DNA of 64,000 nucleotides, taken from assembly GCA_016934265.1 (NCBI GenBank), contig JAFGTF010000041.1:8820-72819 (forward strand). The letters are read 5' to 3'. Both the position numbers and the translations under genes were made by a program. The first letter of the stretch is position 1. Each line of letters starts with the position of its first letter. The stretch is from Spirochaetota bacterium. GTDB lineage: Bacteria > Spirochaetota > B62-G9 > DRHN01. Positions 61,059-64,000 of the stretch are shown piece by piece. Below the pieces are notes generated by a model. That model saw only the letters and a program-made list of their open reading frames with translations. It ran no database searches and was not told the origin of the DNA.

Positions 61059-61985
61059 CTAGAATATCTCGGCGTCCGATTCAACGAAAAACCAGCTGTC
61101 GGGCGAACAGAGCCGGGCCGCTTCCTCCGTTTGCGCTCCCACGAGGAAGTGGCGGATCTGATCCGACTCCCTGAAGCCCAACCCTCCCAGGACGCTCCGC
61201 GTCACGGACCCCGGCATCGCCCATGCGGTGACCTTCGACACCCCTTCCCTAAAAAGGTACGCGGCTGCACGTCCGAGCAGCCTTCGCACGGCAAAGCGGC
61301 CGCCTTCGGTACCGAACTCGACGATGTCCCCGAAGCGTTCACCGCAGACCGGGTCCGTGAATACCTTCACCACGGCAAACCCCTCGCCGCAGTCGACGAC
61401 CGTATAGTCGTACTCAGGGTTGCGCGAAAACCGCCACACAAGCTCTCTATCGTCACGCAGGAAGAACGTGCGGTTTTCGAACGACTTGTCGTTATGCTCC
61501 CATCCGTACCCGTCCGCCCCGCAGATGTTCATTTTTTGTGAAACACCGTCATGCGGTCCTGAAGCGACAAGCGTATGAACGGTGCACACCGTTTTCCAGC
61601 CGAGGCTTTTTTCGAGCGCCGCTTTTCCCCGATCGTTTGTAAAGGAATAAAAAAGATCCGCGCCGTTCGAATACGCCCCCTGCGCTTCACGGGCAAGAAG
61701 GGAGAATATCCCCTTCCCCCTGTACTCCTCGTCCACGATGAGATCGACCGCCCCGCAAGCGGACCGGCCGCCGCTCAGCCTCCTGTGCTTGATTCCGAAA
61801 CAGCCGACCAGTCTTGTGCCGGCGTATGCCCCGAGCAGTGCGGCCCCTTCCGGGTCTTTAAAAAACTGCCATTCGAAATACGTGGAGGTCTTCTTCCTTG
61901 TGTAGGTGCGGTTCATCATTTCGACGAACGCACCGCCCCCGTCCGGACCGATCGGACGCACCGATATTCGTTCATGCGCCGCCAT
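61059..61985 (-). CDS. GNAT family N-acetyltransferase
   Basis: D..V..EYRGKGIF acetyl-CoA motif, WRF..NP...Y, and location in a glycan operon. Confidence 0.8.
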   Translation of the reverse strand: MAAHERISVRPIGPDGGGAFVEMMNRTYTRKKTSTYFEWQFFKDPEGAALLGAYAGTRLVGCFGIKHRRLSGGRSACGAVDLIVDEEYRGKGIFSLLAREAQGAYSNGADLFYSFTNDRGKAALEKSLGWKTVCTVHTLVASGPHDGVSQKMNICGADGYGWEHNDKSFENRTFFLRDDRELVWRFSRNPEYDYTVVDCGEGFAVVKVFTDPVCGERFGDIVEFGTEGGRFAVRRLLGRAAAYLFREGVSKVTAWAMPGSVTRSVLGGLGFRESDQIRHFLVGAQTEEAARLCSPDSWFFVESDAEIF

Positions 61986-61986
61986 G

Positions 61987-63084
61987 CTACCACCCGGACC
62001 TGACGGTTTGTACGACCTTCTCGACATCCTCTTCCGAAAGCCCCTCGTGTAGGGGCAGGTGTATTATTTTCTCGTCTAAGCGAGCCTGTTGAACGAGGTC
62101 TTCTCTCATACCGCCGAAGATGCTGTTTTTATCTATCCGTTTATGCACGACGGAAACCGGGACCCCGGCCGCGCGGAGCTTATTGATAAAATCGTCCCGT
62201 TTCTCCACGAGGACCCCGAAGAGCCAGCACGCGCTCTCCCTGTCGTCTTCGCGCTTCAGAAGCTCAAGTCCGGGCACGGATGAAAGCATGCGCCTGTATA
62301 CGGTGTCGATCCCGCGTCTTTTTCTAAGACGCGCCTCGAATGAGGTCAGGTTTCCGAGGCCGATCGCCGCGGCCACGTTGTTCATGTGGTACTTGAATCC
62401 TATTTTTCCGGAATCGTACTCCCGCTCGCCCAAGAATCCCGTCTTATCGTGCTCTCGGTCGATGTTGAACCACCGCCGTTTCTTGAGCTCACTGTAGTCC
62501 CCGTCGCGTTTGCAGCATACGGCGCCGCCGTCACCTGTGGTGAGGTGCTTTATCGCCTGGAAGGAAAATGCGGTGAACTCTGATATGGTTCCCACGGGCC
62601 TGCCGTTGTATGCCGCCCCAAGTGCGTGCGCGGCGTCCTCGATAACCGTTACGCCGTGCGCTGCTGCGATTTCTCCTATCTCTTTCATGTCGCACGGGTA
62701 TCCGCCCCAGTGAACGGGTATCACCGCCTTCGTCTTCTCCGAGATCTTTTCCGCGATGGAATCCGGATCTATGTTTCCCGTCTCGTACTTAATGTCCGCG
62801 AATACCGGGACTGCTCCCTGCATTAAAACCGCATAGCCGGTGGCGATGAAGGTCTGCGCGGGTATGATCACCTCGTCTTCCGGTCCCACCCCCGCCACCG
62901 CGAGCGAGAGGTGCAGCGCGGAGGTCCCGCTGTTCACCGCGACCGCATTCGAAAGACCGAGCGTCTTTTCGAGCGCCGTTTCGAAGCGACGGACCGTTTC
63001 CCCCTCGCTGATCCAGGTGGATCGAAGCACTTCTGACACGAGGCGTACGGACTCCGGCGAAACGTGGGTATTGAAGAATTCCAT
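61987..63084 (-). CDS. DegT/DnrJ/EryC1/StrS sugar aminotransferase
   Basis: NSGTSALH, VHWGG, EDAAHA, FSFQAIKH.TTGDGG and GFKYHMNN. Confidence 0.93.
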   Translation of the reverse strand: MEFFNTHVSPESVRLVSEVLRSTWISEGETVRRFETALEKTLGLSNAVAVNSGTSALHLSLAVAGVGPEDEVIIPAQTFIATGYAVLMQGAVPVFADIKYETGNIDPDSIAEKISEKTKAVIPVHWGGYPCDMKEIGEIAAAHGVTVIEDAAHALGAAYNGRPVGTISEFTAFSFQAIKHLTTGDGGAVCCKRDGDYSELKKRRWFNIDREHDKTGFLGEREYDSGKIGFKYHMNNVAAAIGLGNLTSFEARLRKRRGIDTVYRRMLSSVPGLELLKREDDRESACWLFGVLVEKRDDFINKLRAAGVPVSVVHKRIDKNSIFGGMREDLVQQARLDEKIIHLPLHEGLSEEDVEKVVQTVRSGW

Positions 63085-63087
63085 GCG

Positions 63088-63999
63088 CTATAAGCCCCCG
63101 GAACCGGCTTTGTTAATATAGTCGAGGAGCGTATCGGTCTTTTCGACGAACCTCACCCTGCCGTTTCCCTTCTCGACGAGATATTTCCTGTATCCCTCCC
63201 GAACCTCCTCTTCTTTGAATCTTACAAGATCGAGCAGCGAGAATACCCGAATCGTTTCCTGCGCCGCGATGTTCGCGATGCTCACAGACTCGACGCCGAC
63301 CACCGCGTCGAAACCTTCGATATCTAAGAGCTCCGCGGGAACCGAACCGTCTATGATCTCAACGGGAAGGTCATCGATGAACTTCGAATGCCCCTGCCGC
63401 GGGTGCGGCTTGATATAGACGGTGTTCCCGGAATCGAGAATCGCACGAAGCATATCCCTCACCGTATCTTCATACCCGATAAACATCTCCTCATCGGCAC
63501 CGTTCGACTCGAAAAAGAGGACCCTCTTCCCGCTTCCCGCGCCGACCCGGTACATGTACTGCTGCAGCGAATCAGGATCGACCTCTTCCTCCGATTCCTC
63601 AACCCCGAAACGGCGGTATGGAAACGTGATGACCCTGTCACTCATGCCTTCCGTGTACTCGTGCCACACGCCGGTGATAAGCAGAATGACGAAGCGCTTG
63701 ACCTGCTGTGAGAGCGTTATCCCTGTCGACCGCCTCCTCTTCACCTTGTATACGTCTATGAGGCGTAGACGGTTATTCGAAGCGAGGCGCTTGAGAAAAT
63801 AGAACGTCACCCAGTCGTAATAGTAGGCAAAAAAATATACCTCCGCATGCTGGATACCCTTAAGCTTTTCCTTGTACAATTTCTTCAGATCGCGCCGCTG
63901 CCGGACCGCCCCGATTGGAGTGCGAAAATCGGGCCGGTACGGGATAAACGTAAGAGAGCAGTCGGAAAGCCCGAGGCGCTTCAGATATAGGTAGCTGTT
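63088..63999 (-). CDS. Putative glycosyltransferase (sialyl/Kdo-transferase-like GT-B), N-terminus beyond window
   Basis: Frame open to the window edge; YIKPHPR, PAEL and VG..S.S motifs. Confidence 0.55.
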   Translation of the reverse strand, partial: NSYLYLKRLGLSDCSLTFIPYRPDFRTPIGAVRQRRDLKKLYKEKLKGIQHAEVYFFAYYYDWVTFYFLKRLASNNRLRLIDVYKVKRRRSTGITLSQQVKRFVILLITGVWHEYTEGMSDRVITFPYRRFGVEESEEEVDPDSLQQYMYRVGAGSGKRVLFFESNGADEEMFIGYEDTVRDMLRAILDSGNTVYIKPHPRQGHSKFIDDLPVEIIDGSVPAELLDIEGFDAVVGVESVSIANIAAQETIRVFSLLDLVRFKEEEVREGYRKYLVEKGNGRVRFVEKTDTLLDYINKAGSGGL

Positions 64000-64000
64000 G

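Overview
GC-rich bacterial chromosomal window made up mostly of housekeeping and cell-surface genes. It is probably from a spirochaete, which is an inference from gene content and was not verified. In order it carries: a partial caspase-like peptidase, a pore-less voltage-sensor membrane protein and a polysaccharide deacetylase; a DNA-repair cluster (YprA/MrfA-like helicase, YprB/MrfB-like exonuclease, NUDIX, QueG-like Fe-S protein, uvrB, radC); a GAF-PAS adenylate/guanylate cyclase with a HEAT-repeat partner; tctC-tctA-tctB; a short mutY; a pyruvate dehydrogenase cluster; two cNMP-GGDEF proteins; a decayed nucleotidyltransferase module; a 7-repeat FN3-like lipoprotein; ileS, comEC, hflX, comEA, ssb and lgt; and a surface-polysaccharide locus that runs off the right edge. 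I saw no CRISPR array, rRNA, tRNA or intact transposase. The most unusual signals are: (1) an array of two alternating, co-varying hairpin types between tctC and tctA; (2) a higher-order tandem hairpin repeat that includes the RBS of the pdh operon; (3) a voltage-sensor protein with no pore or output domain; (4) a cNMP-GGDEF pair with complementary degenerate sites; (5) two dispersed MITE-like repeat families. All calls come from reading motifs by eye. No database searches were run.
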